From Ignavibacteria bacterium (GTDB taxonomy: Bacteria > Bacteroidota > Ignavibacteria > Kapaibacteriales > Kapaibacteriaceae), in NCBI GenBank assembly GCA_016191145.1, contig JACPPD010000003.1:352778-416777 (forward strand): 64,000 nucleotides of DNA. Direction: 5' to 3'. A model generated the notes under the pieces. That model worked only from the letters and a program-made list of their open reading frames with translations, did no database searches and had not been told where the DNA came from. Position 1 is the first letter of the stretch. Each line of letters begins with the position of its first letter. Made by a program: the position numbers and the translations under genes. Positions 20,642-31,476 of the stretch are shown one piece after another.

Positions 20642-21445
20642 GTGGCACGTCTGGCATGTATGCTTGCCCGATACTCACCGCCATTTTGTTCAGTTGGACT
20701 TATCCTGCTATTGCGCTGTGTAACAGCCGTAATCCCGATCATCGTTTCTGTGATACCGATGAGTGGTCAGGTTCCCCAATTGATAACTGTTCAATTATAC
20801 CTTGAGCAAAACGGTTCTCCCATTGTTGGCAGTCATACCATTGATGTGAGATGGTATGGCCAGGCATCGGGCGGACTACCAATGTTTGAGGAATCGTTTA
20901 ACGTTAACGTCGAGCTCGGAATAGTTTCCGTGCTTCTTGGATCGGTGAGGCCGCTCGTCGATAGCCTCCTCAATTCAGGTACTGTATGGCTTGGCATTTC
21001 GGTTGACGGAGATGTGGAGCTGTTACCAAGAACCATCCTGGCAAGCGTTCCATATTCAATAGTCTCCGACCGAGCGCGAATAGCGCAGGCTCTTGCGCCA
21101 GAAGTTACAGGCGTGGTAACCTCAGTGAACGAGATAGCAGGCGTTGTTCGGATTGAAGCTGGAGATGGAATAAGGGTATCCCGTAACGGCAAGACGTTAA
21201 CGATAGCATCGAATCGTGTGCTTGAGCGTGGCGTTGTGAAAGGGACTGACACTGCACACGTATTCTATATCCAGCCAACCCTGGCGTTGAGCCCATCAAT
21301 GCTGATTGATATTCAAGTCAGTACTGAAGACTCAATTATTTCATGCTTTATTAAAAAAGTTGATCTATCCACAAATACGATTACCGTTGTCACATCCGCA
21401 CCACTGTTGTACACGGAGTCGCTTGAATGGGTGTTAATCCAATAA
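20642..21445 (+). CDS. Secreted fibre-like protein 1 (start codon uncertain)
   Basis: Signal-like segment, then QVPQ.I..Q...G.P..., LGS..P...VWLGISV...E..PR..LASVPY, an N-terminal domain pattern of FCB tail-fibre-like proteins; VVTSVN...G linker; C-terminal domain shared with the next gene. Confidence 0.7.
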   Translation: MARLACMLARYSPPFCSVGLILLLRCVTAVIPIIVSVIPMSGQVPQLITVQLYLEQNGSPIVGSHTIDVRWYGQASGGLPMFEESFNVNVELGIVSVLLGSVRPLVDSLLNSGTVWLGISVDGDVELLPRTILASVPYSIVSDRARIAQALAPEVTGVVTSVNEIAGVVRIEAGDGIRVSRNGKTLTIASNRVLERGVVKGTDTAHVFYIQPTLALSPSMLIDIQVSTEDSIISCFIKKVDLSTNTITVVTSAPLLYTESLEWVLIQ

Positions 21446-21478
21446 TCATTTCTCCACTTTAATAATCTGGGACTCTAC

Positions 21479-22375
21479 ATGAACAGCGTACTTCGACCAT
21501 TGCTGATTCTATCGGCGATTATCGTCTGCCAGGCAGTTATGTATTCGCAAAGCCAAACCACTGGCACGTTGAATTTGCGAAACACTCAGCCTGAAACAAT
21601 ATCACTTTCTATACCATCTGCCGGCGTTACCGGATATAAGATTTTATTGCCCCCTACCATTGGTCAGCAAGGTCAGGCACTTACCATCGGATCGATAACA
21701 GGCACGTCGGCCCAACTCGATTGGACGAACTCGCAGTTTTGGGAACTTGAAGGTTCGGCTATATCTACCGGTGGAGTGGGAGCCGGGCAGCAGTACATGG
21801 GTACCAGTAATGCGCAGGATCTTGTGTTTGCCGCTAATGCAACAGAGTATGTTAGAATCATTGGTGCTGCAGGTCCAAAACAGGGATACATAGGATTAGG
21901 CACGCAGAGTCCGCAGGCTCCTGTTGACATTGCTGGAAACGTTCTGCTCTCAAATAGCGGCTCAGCAACAGAGCTCCGCTTTGCTGAGCCTTCGGCAGGC
22001 GGAACAGATTTCACCGCATTTAAGGCCGTAGCACAAACATCAAGTGTCACCTATACGCTGCCTCCTGGTGCGCCGGCGCAGGACGGGATGGTGCTTACGT
22101 CGTCCATAGGTGGAACGATGACGTGGGCAAAGCCGCTGTCTACAACTCCAATGGGTTTATTTGCTCCAACAGCAGGAAGCTATGTGCATGTAATACCAGT
22201 TGGGGCGACGCTCACTGGCACATCAGTCCCCATCGTGTCGGTTGTTAACGCTGCCGGAACAACAATTGGAATTAGTATAACCGGACGCGATACGGTTGCC
22301 GGAACAGTAACTGTGGAGACATCGGTGGGGCTCGAAGCAACAGATCGGATTGCATGGGCTGTTTTTAATCAATAA
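21479..22375 (+). CDS. Secreted fibre-like protein 2
   Basis: Signal peptide; two Y.LP...G..L.....W repeats; GT.N.QDL.F..N..E..RI...G.IGLGT..P beta-repeat. Confidence 0.75.
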   Translation: MNSVLRPLLILSAIIVCQAVMYSQSQTTGTLNLRNTQPETISLSIPSAGVTGYKILLPPTIGQQGQALTIGSITGTSAQLDWTNSQFWELEGSAISTGGVGAGQQYMGTSNAQDLVFAANATEYVRIIGAAGPKQGYIGLGTQSPQAPVDIAGNVLLSNSGSATELRFAEPSAGGTDFTAFKAVAQTSSVTYTLPPGAPAQDGMVLTSSIGGTMTWAKPLSTTPMGLFAPTAGSYVHVIPVGATLTGTSVPIVSVVNAAGTTIGISITGRDTVAGTVTVETSVGLEATDRIAWAVFNQ

Positions 22376-22403
22376 GTAACCGTAATTATAAAAATAGCAT
22401 CTG

Positions 22404-23873
22404 ATGTCTTCCAGAAGTGCCATTACAGTCTTTGTCGCAGTGGTTTGTGCTGGCGTTTCATCCATACTGGGAGCCCAACAGCTCACAGCAACGAGGTTTG
22501 AGGTTAGCGGTCCTGCATGGGATGGACTCAACGGAGCAGCTATCGGAACTCGCGATGTAATACCACTGGTTATCGCCAACAACTCTCCCACAGCACAACC
22601 CATTCGATTTCTCACCGGCAGCAATGGCTCCGAACGTGCTATGGAGATCAGTTCGAATGCAGACGTGTGGATGCGCGGATCGCTGAGTGTTGGTAAAACC
22701 ACGGGAGCAGCTCTCAATGAAATCGCACGGATTGGAACGATTCCGGCAACAAATGGGCGTGGGTTGACAATCGACATGACGGGTACGTCGACTTCGTCGG
22801 GATTACTCATTTCTTCTGTGGGTGCATCTGGAGTAGACAACGCCGGAATCACACTGCAGAGTTCCTCAAACGGTGTTGGCACAGCGTTGCGCATAGGAGG
22901 GCCATCGGGCTCAGTGCGTCCGACATTCGGTACGGGTATCGATATCACCGGCGGCACCGGAATTCGATATAATGCTCTCAGTAGTGGGAGTGGGACGGCC
23001 ATCGAGATCGGTGGCTCTACCTCTCCCGTAATCGGCGTTGATGCCATTGTGTCTGGTACCGGCCACATTGGTGTGCTTGCACGTGCCAATACGAATGGCG
23101 TTGGTGTAATCGGTCTTTCGTATTCCGGGTCATACACTGCAATACCAACGGCTGACGGAATCGGAATTATCGGCAGGGCAGCATCGAATAGCAACATCGC
23201 CATGGACAGCGTCGTTGGAATTCTTGCTCAGGCTGAACGTGGCGGCCAGGGCGGCACCCGGACAACAACTATCGGACTATTATCCGAAGCTATCAGCATG
23301 GGCACACAGCACTCTGGGACTGCTATCGGTGTTGTTGGTTCTGCGCAGTCATGGTCTCTAGGAACAAGCGTCGCTGTCGGCGGTGCATTTATGGCGGCTC
23401 CGCTGGATTTATCACTGGTGACGCTGGGAGGTTCGGTATTGCTCGGTTGCGCCGTTGCCTATCAACCGAATGCATTTACGAATTCGACACTGACTGGCGA
23501 TACAAGAACACAAACCCAGGTGTATAGCATTGAGGTTAGTGGCGTTCCGTCTCTCGTCAATCACATAACTGTAAATCTCACATCCGCAACCGTAAACGAT
23601 CTGCAGCCGGCAGATTCTCCGATTGTCAGGGTTATACCCAACGCCGGTGGGACCGATATCGTGGGAATCGGTGGAATTAAAGAGGGTCGGTTAGTAACAA
23701 TAATTAACACAGGGGGCGAGCTAAACATTGTACCCGAAAATGGTCTGGCAGGAGCACAGTTCAGAATTATGACTCCTAACATGGTAGCAATGATCATGCC
23801 CCCGCAGGGAGTAGTCACTCTTTGGTACGATCAGGTTAACGAGAGATGGCGCGTTATTTCCTCCAATTTCTGA
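22404..23873 (+). CDS. Secreted Gly/Thr/Ser-rich beta-repeat (adhesin/fibre-like) protein 3
   Basis: Signal peptide; many IG[VIL]xG/A repeats; C-terminal GI.G..EGR...I.N...RI...L.YD....RW.V domain. Confidence 0.75.
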   Translation: MSSRSAITVFVAVVCAGVSSILGAQQLTATRFEVSGPAWDGLNGAAIGTRDVIPLVIANNSPTAQPIRFLTGSNGSERAMEISSNADVWMRGSLSVGKTTGAALNEIARIGTIPATNGRGLTIDMTGTSTSSGLLISSVGASGVDNAGITLQSSSNGVGTALRIGGPSGSVRPTFGTGIDITGGTGIRYNALSSGSGTAIEIGGSTSPVIGVDAIVSGTGHIGVLARANTNGVGVIGLSYSGSYTAIPTADGIGIIGRAASNSNIAMDSVVGILAQAERGGQGGTRTTTIGLLSEAISMGTQHSGTAIGVVGSAQSWSLGTSVAVGGAFMAAPLDLSLVTLGGSVLLGCAVAYQPNAFTNSTLTGDTRTQTQVYSIEVSGVPSLVNHITVNLTSATVNDLQPADSPIVRVIPNAGGTDIVGIGGIKEGRLVTIINTGGELNIVPENGLAGAQFRIMTPNMVAMIMPPQGVVTLWYDQVNERWRVISSNF

Positions 23874-25684
23874 TTGCGGCTGTTGCAGCCTGCGGCACCA
23901 TGCAGGCGCAGGAACCCGTTTATGCGCGTGTTATCAACATCGATTCTTGCGCCGGCATTCTGACGTTAGACAACGTACAGGGATTCCGTGATGGCGACAC
24001 CGTAATGATCCATCAATCTCACGGCGCTCTTGTTGATGAATATGGTAACGTTGTTGAGTATCGCAGTGCAGGACAATGGGAGATTGCAGTAATCGATCGA
24101 GTTGCTGGCGTCCTTGCTTTCCTCACAGAGCGCCTTGCCAAGCAATATGATTGTTTCAACGCTGTTCAGATTTGCAGGGCAATTGCTGGACAGCGTGTTG
24201 ATGTAACATCGCATCTCTCAGCCAAGCCATTCATCGATGGACAGGGTGGAATACTCTTCATGCTCGCCGACACATTGAATCTTCTCGATACCATTGATGC
24301 AAATGGCATGGGATATATCGGCGGTGAGAGAAGCATTTCGGGATGGGATACATCTTACGCCGATGGAAATGCATTTTTCTTCGACGGAACTTCAGGTGGT
24401 AAGGGGCAAACCATTGTCAGACCATATCCTGAGCGAACAGCAGGCAAGCTCCATTCTGCTCATGCCGGTGGCGGTGGAAATGCGCGTAATGCAGGCGGTG
24501 GTGGAGGTGCTGGCGGGGGGCAAGGGGGCAAGGGAGGCTTTCAGACAAGCGAATACGATGTACTGGATGTAGGCGGAATGGGTGGCATTCCAATACTTGA
24601 ACCTTCGTCGGTCCAGAGATTGTTTTTTGGCGGTGGTGGCGGAGGGGGTCAACAGAACGACTTCGGAGCAAGTGGCGGTGGAGCAGGCGGAGGAATAATC
24701 TTCATTCGCGCAAGGGTGCTAATGGGTGATTCAATCGGAGCAATCATTGCAGATGGAGAAAATGCCCTTTATGCATTTGATGACGGTGCAGGCGGGGGAG
24801 GGGGCGGAGGCACAATTGTTCTTTGCTTCGACACTATCATTGGCTCTTTTGCTGTTACCGCAAGAGGTGGTATAGGCGGACAAACTGTGTCATCGTTTCG
24901 GTGTTACGGTCCTGGAGGAGGCGGCGGCGGCGGCGCTGTGATCTTGTGCACCAACAATGCCTATCGTAACTATAGTTACGATGAGCTTAACGTGGACGTG
25001 GATGGTGGACGAAACGGACAGACTATATCTCCGGACTCATTATGCAGTGTAGACAGTTCGTATGGAGCCTCTCCCGGAGCCGACGGCCAGGTTCTCAAAT
25101 TGCCGTTACCGCAATCGGCAGGCATCCAGGAATGCGGCGAACCAGCAATCGTTGTAAGAACACTCGATGCGAGGGCTCGGGCAGGAGAACGATTCGAAGC
25201 GATATTGGAAGTTGATGTTAGGACAGCTCTCTCTCGCATGGTCACGCTTGCAACAAGAATTCGCACAAGAGCATCGGTGCTGATACCTGAGGGCCCATAT
25301 CGATGGGCAGGCAGAAGAGCAATGATTCGCTATCACAGCTTCGACATTCCGGCGGGTCCACCAGCACTATACAGGATTCCACTGAAATATATTGCTGCAC
25401 TTGGCGACAGCGCCTCAGTTGTCATTAACCTGGATTCGGCAACGTGTCCCTTCGATTCGTTGAGAGTAGTAATTGAAAGCAGCGGAACATTTGTCCTCGA
25501 CGGTGTATGTACAGACAACAACAGAACACGACTATTTGATCCATTTTCTTCGAACACAGATAGCCGCAACGAAGTGGTCAGGTACTACGATGTATTGGGA
25601 AACGAATATCCGGATGTCGGATCGGGAGTAATACTAAACGGACGCTACCCGGTGTTTACTAGTCGCCGAGTCCGCAACGACTGA
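23846..25684 (+). CDS. Secreted glycine-rich (polyglycine) protein with a T9SS-CTD-like remnant
   Basis: Signal peptide (AQ cleavage); several GGGGGG(A/Q)GG tracts alternating with beta strands (GGIIFI, GGTIVL); C-terminal [11 protein letters not shown]. Confidence 0.75.
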   Translation: MARYFLQFLIAAVAACGTMQAQEPVYARVINIDSCAGILTLDNVQGFRDGDTVMIHQSHGALVDEYGNVVEYRSAGQWEIAVIDRVAGVLAFLTERLAKQYDCFNAVQICRAIAGQRVDVTSHLSAKPFIDGQGGILFMLADTLNLLDTIDANGMGYIGGERSISGWDTSYADGNAFFFDGTSGGKGQTIVRPYPERTAGKLHSAHAGGGGNARNAGGGGGAGGGQGGKGGFQTSEYDVLDVGGMGGIPILEPSSVQRLFFGGGGGGGQQNDFGASGGGAGGGIIFIRARVLMGDSIGAIIADGENALYAFDDGAGGGGGGGTIVLCFDTIIGSFAVTARGGIGGQTVSSFRCYGPGGGGGGGAVILCTNNAYRNYSYDELNVDVDGGRNGQTISPDSLCSVDSSYGASPGADGQVLKLPLPQSAGIQECGEPAIVVRTLDARARAGERFEAILEVDVRTALSRMVTLATRIRTRASVLIPEGPYRWAGRRAMIRYHSFDIPAGPPALYRIPLKYIAALGDSASVVINLDSATCPFDSLRVVIESSGTFVLDGVCTDNNRTRLFDPFSSNTDSRNEVVRYYDVLGNEYPDVGSGVILNGRYPVFTSRRVRND

Positions 25685-26957
25685 AAATCAGATCGACATT
25701 TCTTATCATTCCTTCGTTTGCGAATAAATCGTCCAGCTCGGAATCGGTTAGGAATTTTTTTAATGCCGCGTCGGACCCAAGCGTTTTTCGCAGTGGCGTC
25801 TTTGATTGCCACGTAATCATGGCATTCCGCTGTACCATTGCATAAGCCTCTTCTCTGGTGAGCCCCTTTCTAACTAAAGCAAGTAATACTGTTTGGGAAA
25901 GGGGCAATCCATACGTCAGGTCGAGATTCCTTTTCATTGCATCGGAGTAGACGATCAGTTTTTCGATGAGCGCCGTGACGAGATAGAGCATGTAATCGAG
26001 AGTAATGGTTGCATCAGGACAGATAACGCGCTCAACACTCGAATGTGAAATATCGCGTTCGTGCCACAATGCGTTGTTTTCGACCGATGCTGTTGCGTAT
26101 CCGCGGAGCAATCTCGACAAGCCGCACAGCCGTTCGCTAACAATTGGATTACGTTTATGAGGCATGGCGCTCGAACCTTTTTGTCCTTCAGAAAAGAACT
26201 CCTCGGCTTCCCGTACTTCAGTGCGCTGAAGATGCCTGACTTCTGTGGCAATTTTCTCGATGAACGAACCGATTAAGGCAATCGTCGTCAGGTATTCAGC
26301 ATGGCGATCGCGTTGTACAACCTGTGTGCTTACAGGCGCAGGCTTCAACCCAAGTTTTGAACATACATATTCTTCTACATCGGGAGAGAGATGTTCGAAT
26401 GTGCCAACTGCACCTGAAATCATTCCAACGGAGATAACATCAATGGCTCTTGTTAGACGGTCAATGCAGCGTTTGCATTCCTCGTGCCACAATGCAAGTT
26501 TCAATCCAAAGGTCGTGGGCTCTGCATGAATGCCGTGCGTTCTGCCAATACAGATAGTATGCTTGAATTCGATGGCTCTGCGTGCTAAAACTTCCCTGAA
26601 GGCAAGCAAATCGTTTAAGAGGAGATTACCCGCTTGTTTAAGCTGAAGACCAAGGCACGTATCGAGAACGTCGCTCGACGTCATGCCCAGATGAATGAAC
26701 CGCGATGCTGGTCCAACATATTCGGCAACGTTGGTTGTAAATGCAATTACATCGTGCTTCGTTACTTCCTCGATCTCAAGAATCCTTTGCACGTCGAACC
26801 GTGCCTTCTTTCGAATTTCATCGACAGCATCCTGTGGAATGATTCCCGCTTTTGCCTGGGCTTCGCACGCTAGGATTTCGATTTCCAGCCATATAGAGAA
26901 GCGGTTTTCATCGGACCAGATAGCGGCCATGTCGGGGCGGGAATAACGCTGTATCAT
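25659..26957 (-). CDS. purB: Adenylosuccinate lyase
   Basis: Start MIQRYS at 26957; [26 protein letters not shown] signature. Confidence 0.98.
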   Translation of the reverse strand: MIQRYSRPDMAAIWSDENRFSIWLEIEILACEAQAKAGIIPQDAVDEIRKKARFDVQRILEIEEVTKHDVIAFTTNVAEYVGPASRFIHLGMTSSDVLDTCLGLQLKQAGNLLLNDLLAFREVLARRAIEFKHTICIGRTHGIHAEPTTFGLKLALWHEECKRCIDRLTRAIDVISVGMISGAVGTFEHLSPDVEEYVCSKLGLKPAPVSTQVVQRDRHAEYLTTIALIGSFIEKIATEVRHLQRTEVREAEEFFSEGQKGSSAMPHKRNPIVSERLCGLSRLLRGYATASVENNALWHERDISHSSVERVICPDATITLDYMLYLVTALIEKLIVYSDAMKRNLDLTYGLPLSQTVLLALVRKGLTREEAYAMVQRNAMITWQSKTPLRKTLGSDAALKKFLTDSELDDLFANEGMIRNVDLIFSRCGLGD

Positions 26958-26996
26958 AGAATTAACGGAGCATGAGAAACACAAAAATACAGATGT

Positions 26997-27671
26997 TTAT
27001 GGTAGCCTTTTGCCGACAAATTCCTGTCGGTACGTTGGTTCGAACGTGAGTGGATCAACATTCTTTTGACGTTTACTGTCAATCATCACATAGGCACACA
27101 TGGCCACGTATGCTGCGGAAAGCTCAATACACACAACCTTTGCTGGCATGATAGGCTCTGATAGCGTTGGGCTGACGAGAACATCACGTGCATCAACTGT
27201 TGTTTGAATCTCGCTTACAGTCACAATGTCGATTACTGACAAGGCTTCCCATTGCATGCGAGACGTGACGTTAAAACGCTGAAGAAAGCAGCGGTTACCA
27301 TGGCTTTCCAATATGCATGCTACCGTCAATGGAAATCTATCCTGCTGAGTAAGTGATGACGAATACGCATAAACCAACGATTCCATGGTCGAAATGCCGA
27401 GAAGCTGCGGCCGATTCGTTAACGTCAGCCCCTTGGCGAACGATACCCCAATTCTTGTGCCGGTAAACGAACCTGGACCACTGCTTACGGCAACGACGTC
27501 GATATCATCAAACGATATACCAGCGTCTTTCAGAACATTTCTGACGGACCCGGTAAGATAAAGATCGTGAACATTGGCTTCTTTAATTTCATTAATTGCT
27601 ATTATTTCTCCAGATCTTACCACTGCACTCCCACAAACCAAACTAGTCGATTCAATTCCAAGAATAATCAT
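26997..27671 (-). CDS. tsaB: tRNA threonylcarbamoyladenosine biosynthesis protein TsaB
   Basis: ILGIEST, AVSSGPGSFTGTRIG, C-terminal EP.Y. Confidence 0.92.
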   Translation of the reverse strand: MIILGIESTSLVCGSAVVRSGEIIAINEIKEANVHDLYLTGSVRNVLKDAGISFDDIDVVAVSSGPGSFTGTRIGVSFAKGLTLTNRPQLLGISTMESLVYAYSSSLTQQDRFPLTVACILESHGNRCFLQRFNVTSRMQWEALSVIDIVTVSEIQTTVDARDVLVSPTLSEPIMPAKVVCIELSAAYVAMCAYVMIDSKRQKNVDPLTFEPTYRQEFVGKRLP

Positions 27672-30600
27672 GCTAAACTTTCTACCACAAGCTTGTCTGC
27701 AAACATTTGAATCAGCGTAATAGCATCTTCGCGGCGCGCAAGCTGAGATTCTATAAGCAATCGTTTTCCCTGTTGCACAAGTCTTGTATTAGGCCGTGTC
27801 GAGATAAATTCCAGGTATAACGGGAATACGTCGGTATAAAACCGTGAATCGGACTCCGGCGGGCACTCCAACTTCAGCGTGGTGCCAGCAAGGACAACTC
27901 GAACGAATCCTGTTGCAAGAGCTGCAATCCGGAGGCGCACAGCAAACAGCATATTATCGGCTTCTTGCGTTAATGCTCCAAACCTATCGCGCAGTTCATC
28001 GAACACAGCGGATACTTCTTGCTCGGAGTGTGCATTGTAAAGGCGCTTATAGGCTTCGTACCGATCGGTATCGCCTGGGATGTAGGACGAGGGGAGTAGC
28101 GTGTCTACATCGAGTTCGATTGCAACATCTTCATTGATGAATGCTTTATGTCTGGGGCGGCTGCCGGCAAACATTTCCGCAAACTCTTCAGTTCTGAGTT
28201 CTTCCATTGCTTCATCGATTATTTTCTGATAGAGTTCGAAGCCCATTTCCACAATAAAACCGCTTTGCTCGCCCCCTAACAAATTTCCCGAGCCTCGTAT
28301 TTCCAGATCGCGCATGGCCAATTGAAAACCGCTGCCGAGATCGGTGAATTCTTCGAGCGCCTGAAGCCTGCGCAGAGCCGTTCTGGATAGCGTGTGAATG
28401 GGCGGCACTACCAGATAACAGTACGCCTGAGTATTGGATCGGCCAACACGGCCACGAAGCTGATACAGTTCAGCCAACCCGAAATTATCAGAGTTTACAA
28501 TGATGATGGTATTCGCGTTGGGAATGTCGAGACCCGACTCGATGATCTTGGTTGAGATGAGAACATCGGTTTTTCTCTCGAGGAACGATTCCATTACCGA
28601 TTCAAGTTCTTCCGTGGGCATCTGACCATGAGCAACACCAATTCGAAGCGCGGGAGCAAGCATCTGAATACGCATGCGGAGCTTGTCCATATCATTGATG
28701 CGATCCGTTACAACAAACGACTGACCTTCGCGGTCAGATTCAAATAACAATGCATCGCGGACAACATCATCGTCCCATTCAAGAATCTCCGTCGTAATCG
28801 GCAGCCGGTTCCGTGGTGGTGTTTCGATGATGGAGAGATCGCGCGCTCCCATGAGCGAAAAATTCAACGTTCGCGGAATCGGCGTTGCTGTTAATGTGAG
28901 AGTATCAACAGTGGAACGCAACGAACGAAGTTTTTCCTTTGCTGTAACGCCAAATCGATGCTCTTCATCGATGATCAGTAATCCAAGCTGACGGAATTCA
29001 ACATCCTTACTCAGCAGGCGGTGTGTACCAATGATGATATCAACTTTTCCATCCCTGAGCTTTTCAAGAATCTCCTTTTGTGATGCCTTCGATCGGAAGC
29101 GTGATAATACCTCGATGTTGATCGGATAGCGGTGGAGTCTGTCGCGAAACGTAACAAAGTGTTGTTGAGCCAGAATCGTTGTCGGCACAAGCATAGCAAC
29201 CTGCTTGCCAGCCTGCGCCGCCTTAAAAGCAGCACGAATCGCGATTTCTGTTTTGCCAAAGCCAACATCACCGCACACAAGTCTGTCCATAGGTGATGGA
29301 GCTTCCATGTCGAACTTCAACTCAGCCGTTGTGCGTGCCTGGTCAGCAGTATCTTCATATTGAAACGATGCTTCAAATTCTTTTTGCCAAACGGTATCTC
29401 CGGGATATGAGTAACCCGGTTGGGATTTTCGTTGTGCATAGAGCCTGATGAGATCGCGCGCAATATCTTTGATCTTGCTCTTTGCTCGAGATTTTCTCCG
29501 TTCCCATTCTGCCGATCCGAGTTTAGAAACTCTGGGAACCGATCCCTCTTCGGAAGCATATTTTGAAAGCTTGTGTACGTAATTAAGATGAACGTAGAGT
29601 ACGTCGCTCCCTGCAAATAGAAGTTTAACGCAATCAACCTTGCTTCCGTTGATTTCGATTGTCCGAATTCCATCGAACTGACCGATGCCCTTGTCCTCGT
29701 GTACTACATAATCACCTCGGTGAATCTGTTGTAATTCACGAAGTGTTATCCCGCTTTCATTTTTACGCGAACGCTGCTGAGCACGTTGCCTTCCAAAAAT
29801 CTGATGTTCGGCATAACATGCAAGCTTCACATCAGTCCACACAAATCCGTCGCTAAACGAAGACGAATGCCAGCGAATAGCGTCCATCGTTCGGAACATT
29901 CTGCTGGAGAGTTCTGAGTTGCCCTCCTCAGTTTGTTCTGCAATGCCTTCACACAGGTCTCTGATGCGCCTGATGTTGGGGAGTCCGTCGGCGCCCAGAT
30001 GGAGATTGATTCCGCGATTCACTAACGAGGCTGCCGACGTGAGCATCTGTTCGATCGAACCTGCAAACGGTGGCTGAGTTGAAGACTGCGTTTGGATGTC
30101 TGCATGCCCTAAGGGATTGACGTCGACACGGGGCCACCGGCGCAAGGCCGACGTATCATAAATATCGTTAGTTCTGTGAAGTTCAGATTCAATAGCATCG
30201 GGACTATCGTATACAAGAATCGCGTCCGCAGGAAAATGCTCAACGATTGTCGCTCCAAGCTGCTCTCCTGTATGGAATACCTTGGTAAGGATCGTTACTG
30301 TATCGTGCTCCCGAATCGACCGTTGGGAAAGGGGCTCGAATTCGCGAATGGAATCGATAGTATCTCCCCAGAATTCGATGCGTAATGGGTTGTTCCACCC
30401 ACCTGGGTAAACGTCTATGATTCCGCCCCTTACGGCCATTTCACCTGGACGCCCAACGTAGTCTGTTCGTTCGTAACCGTTCAGCGCAAGGTGAATACTA
30501 AATGAGTCAAAATCGAGCTCCATGCCACGATTCAGTGTCTGCTGTACATCGGCAAGCTCATGTCGGCCAGGCAGCAGTACCGGTAACGCCTGTGCAGCAA

Positions 30601-30970
30601 CAACAACAACCGTCCGTGCCCCCTCGTTCAACTTTAACAGAGCATCGATTTCATCGTGCTGCAGAGTGTTCGAACCGGTTAACGACCTGCGTTTCGAGGC
30701 GCTGTGAATGGAACAGACGGTATCTGATCCAAGGAGGATTCCGAGATCGAATGTGACGTCGGTACACGATCTGTCATCAGGCGTAATCACCACAAACGGT
30801 CTGTTTCCGGCCGACCACAATGCACCAATGAATACACTTCTTGCTGACCCTGAAAGCTGCTTGACCGAAACTGAATTATTCTCTGTAAGAAACCGTGCCG
30901 CATCAAGAACTGGCTTGGCTGATATAAGGTATCGTAGCGTTTCGGAATAGTTGTCCTGAATTCCTTTCAT
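27668..30970 (-). CDS. mfd: Transcription-repair coupling factor
   Basis: UvrB-like N-terminus, CarD/TRCF domain (GDYVVH..KGIG), CGDVGFGKTE, DEEH, TATPIPRT, QLRGRVGRS. Confidence 0.98.
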   Translation of the reverse strand: MKGIQDNYSETLRYLISAKPVLDAARFLTENNSVSVKQLSGSARSVFIGALWSAGNRPFVVITPDDRSCTDVTFDLGILLGSDTVCSIHSASKRRSLTGSNTLQHDEIDALLKLNEGARTVVVVAAQALPVLLPGRHELADVQQTLNRGMELDFDSFSIHLALNGYERTDYVGRPGEMAVRGGIIDVYPGGWNNPLRIEFWGDTIDSIREFEPLSQRSIREHDTVTILTKVFHTGEQLGATIVEHFPADAILVYDSPDAIESELHRTNDIYDTSALRRWPRVDVNPLGHADIQTQSSTQPPFAGSIEQMLTSAASLVNRGINLHLGADGLPNIRRIRDLCEGIAEQTEEGNSELSSRMFRTMDAIRWHSSSFSDGFVWTDVKLACYAEHQIFGRQRAQQRSRKNESGITLRELQQIHRGDYVVHEDKGIGQFDGIRTIEINGSKVDCVKLLFAGSDVLYVHLNYVHKLSKYASEEGSVPRVSKLGSAEWERRKSRAKSKIKDIARDLIRLYAQRKSQPGYSYPGDTVWQKEFEASFQYEDTADQARTTAELKFDMEAPSPMDRLVCGDVGFGKTEIAIRAAFKAAQAGKQVAMLVPTTILAQQHFVTFRDRLHRYPINIEVLSRFRSKASQKEILEKLRDGKVDIIIGTHRLLSKDVEFRQLGLLIIDEEHRFGVTAKEKLRSLRSTVDTLTLTATPIPRTLNFSLMGARDLSIIETPPRNRLPITTEILEWDDDVVRDALLFESDREGQSFVVTDRINDMDKLRMRIQMLAPALRIGVAHGQMPTEELESVMESFLERKTDVLISTKIIESGLDIPNANTIIIVNSDNFGLAELYQLRGRVGRSNTQAYCYLVVPPIHTLSRTALRRLQALEEFTDLGSGFQLAMRDLEIRGSGNLLGGEQSGFIVEMGFELYQKIIDEAMEELRTEEFAEMFAGSRPRHKAFINEDVAIELDVDTLLPSSYIPGDTDRYEAYKRLYNAHSEQEVSAVFDELRDRFGALTQEADNMLFAVRLRIAALATGFVRVVLAGTTLKLECPPESDSRFYTDVFPLYLEFISTRPNTRLVQQGKRLLIESQLARREDAITLIQMFADKLVVESLA

Positions 30971-31051
30971 CGTTACAAGTTTACGCGATGTAATTTTGTC
31001 GGTGGCATTGAGCTCGCGATACTGGCCTTTTCGAACGATGCCGGAGGAAGC

Positions 31052-31456
31052 ATGTACCGCATAAAGTTGTTGATTGGAATCCTCGTTGCAGCCTTCAGCA
31101 GCGTGTACCTATTGTTTGGAGTCGTTGGATGGGAACACGAAAGCATGAAGGCTGCCGATCTCATAACGTGTTTCATACTGGCGTCGCTTCATCTTGGCAT
31201 TGGTTCATGGCTCCTTTTCACAAGCTTGAGTGAATACCGTCGGGAGCATCGAAGAGTTGAAGATGTTGTACGCCGCCTCATTGATTCGAGCGGCGGGCGA
31301 GTAACCATAGCCGATGTAGCCAAATATGCTGGTATCTCCGAAGAGGATGCACACGAACATCTTGAGCGCCGATCGAAACACGACGTCGTTATCGTCATGC
31401 AAAACACTGCAGGTTCCGATGTGTTCTTTTTTGGCCAGCAGTATTGGAATAATTAG
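31052..31456 (+). CDS. Hypothetical membrane protein, 2 TM helices plus HTH-like C-terminus
   Basis: Two hydrophobic helices, then GGRVTIADVAKYAGISEEDA; preceded by a TAatTTTG element at 30991. Confidence 0.65.
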   Translation: MYRIKLLIGILVAAFSSVYLLFGVVGWEHESMKAADLITCFILASLHLGIGSWLLFTSLSEYRREHRRVEDVVRRLIDSSGGRVTIADVAKYAGISEEDAHEHLERRSKHDVVIVMQNTAGSDVFFFGQQYWNN

Positions 31457-31476
31457 CGAAATAACAATCTTCGATT

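Noticed and set aside
22223..23203. 326-aa antisense ORF and similar shadow ORFs (e.g. 60208-60945, 54116-54718, 9718-10269)
   Set aside because: They lie fully opposite well-supported genes and show no recognisable motifs.
20642..25684. Prophage tail module
   Set aside because: The proteins carry signal peptides, and there are no capsid, terminase, baseplate, lysis or integrase genes.
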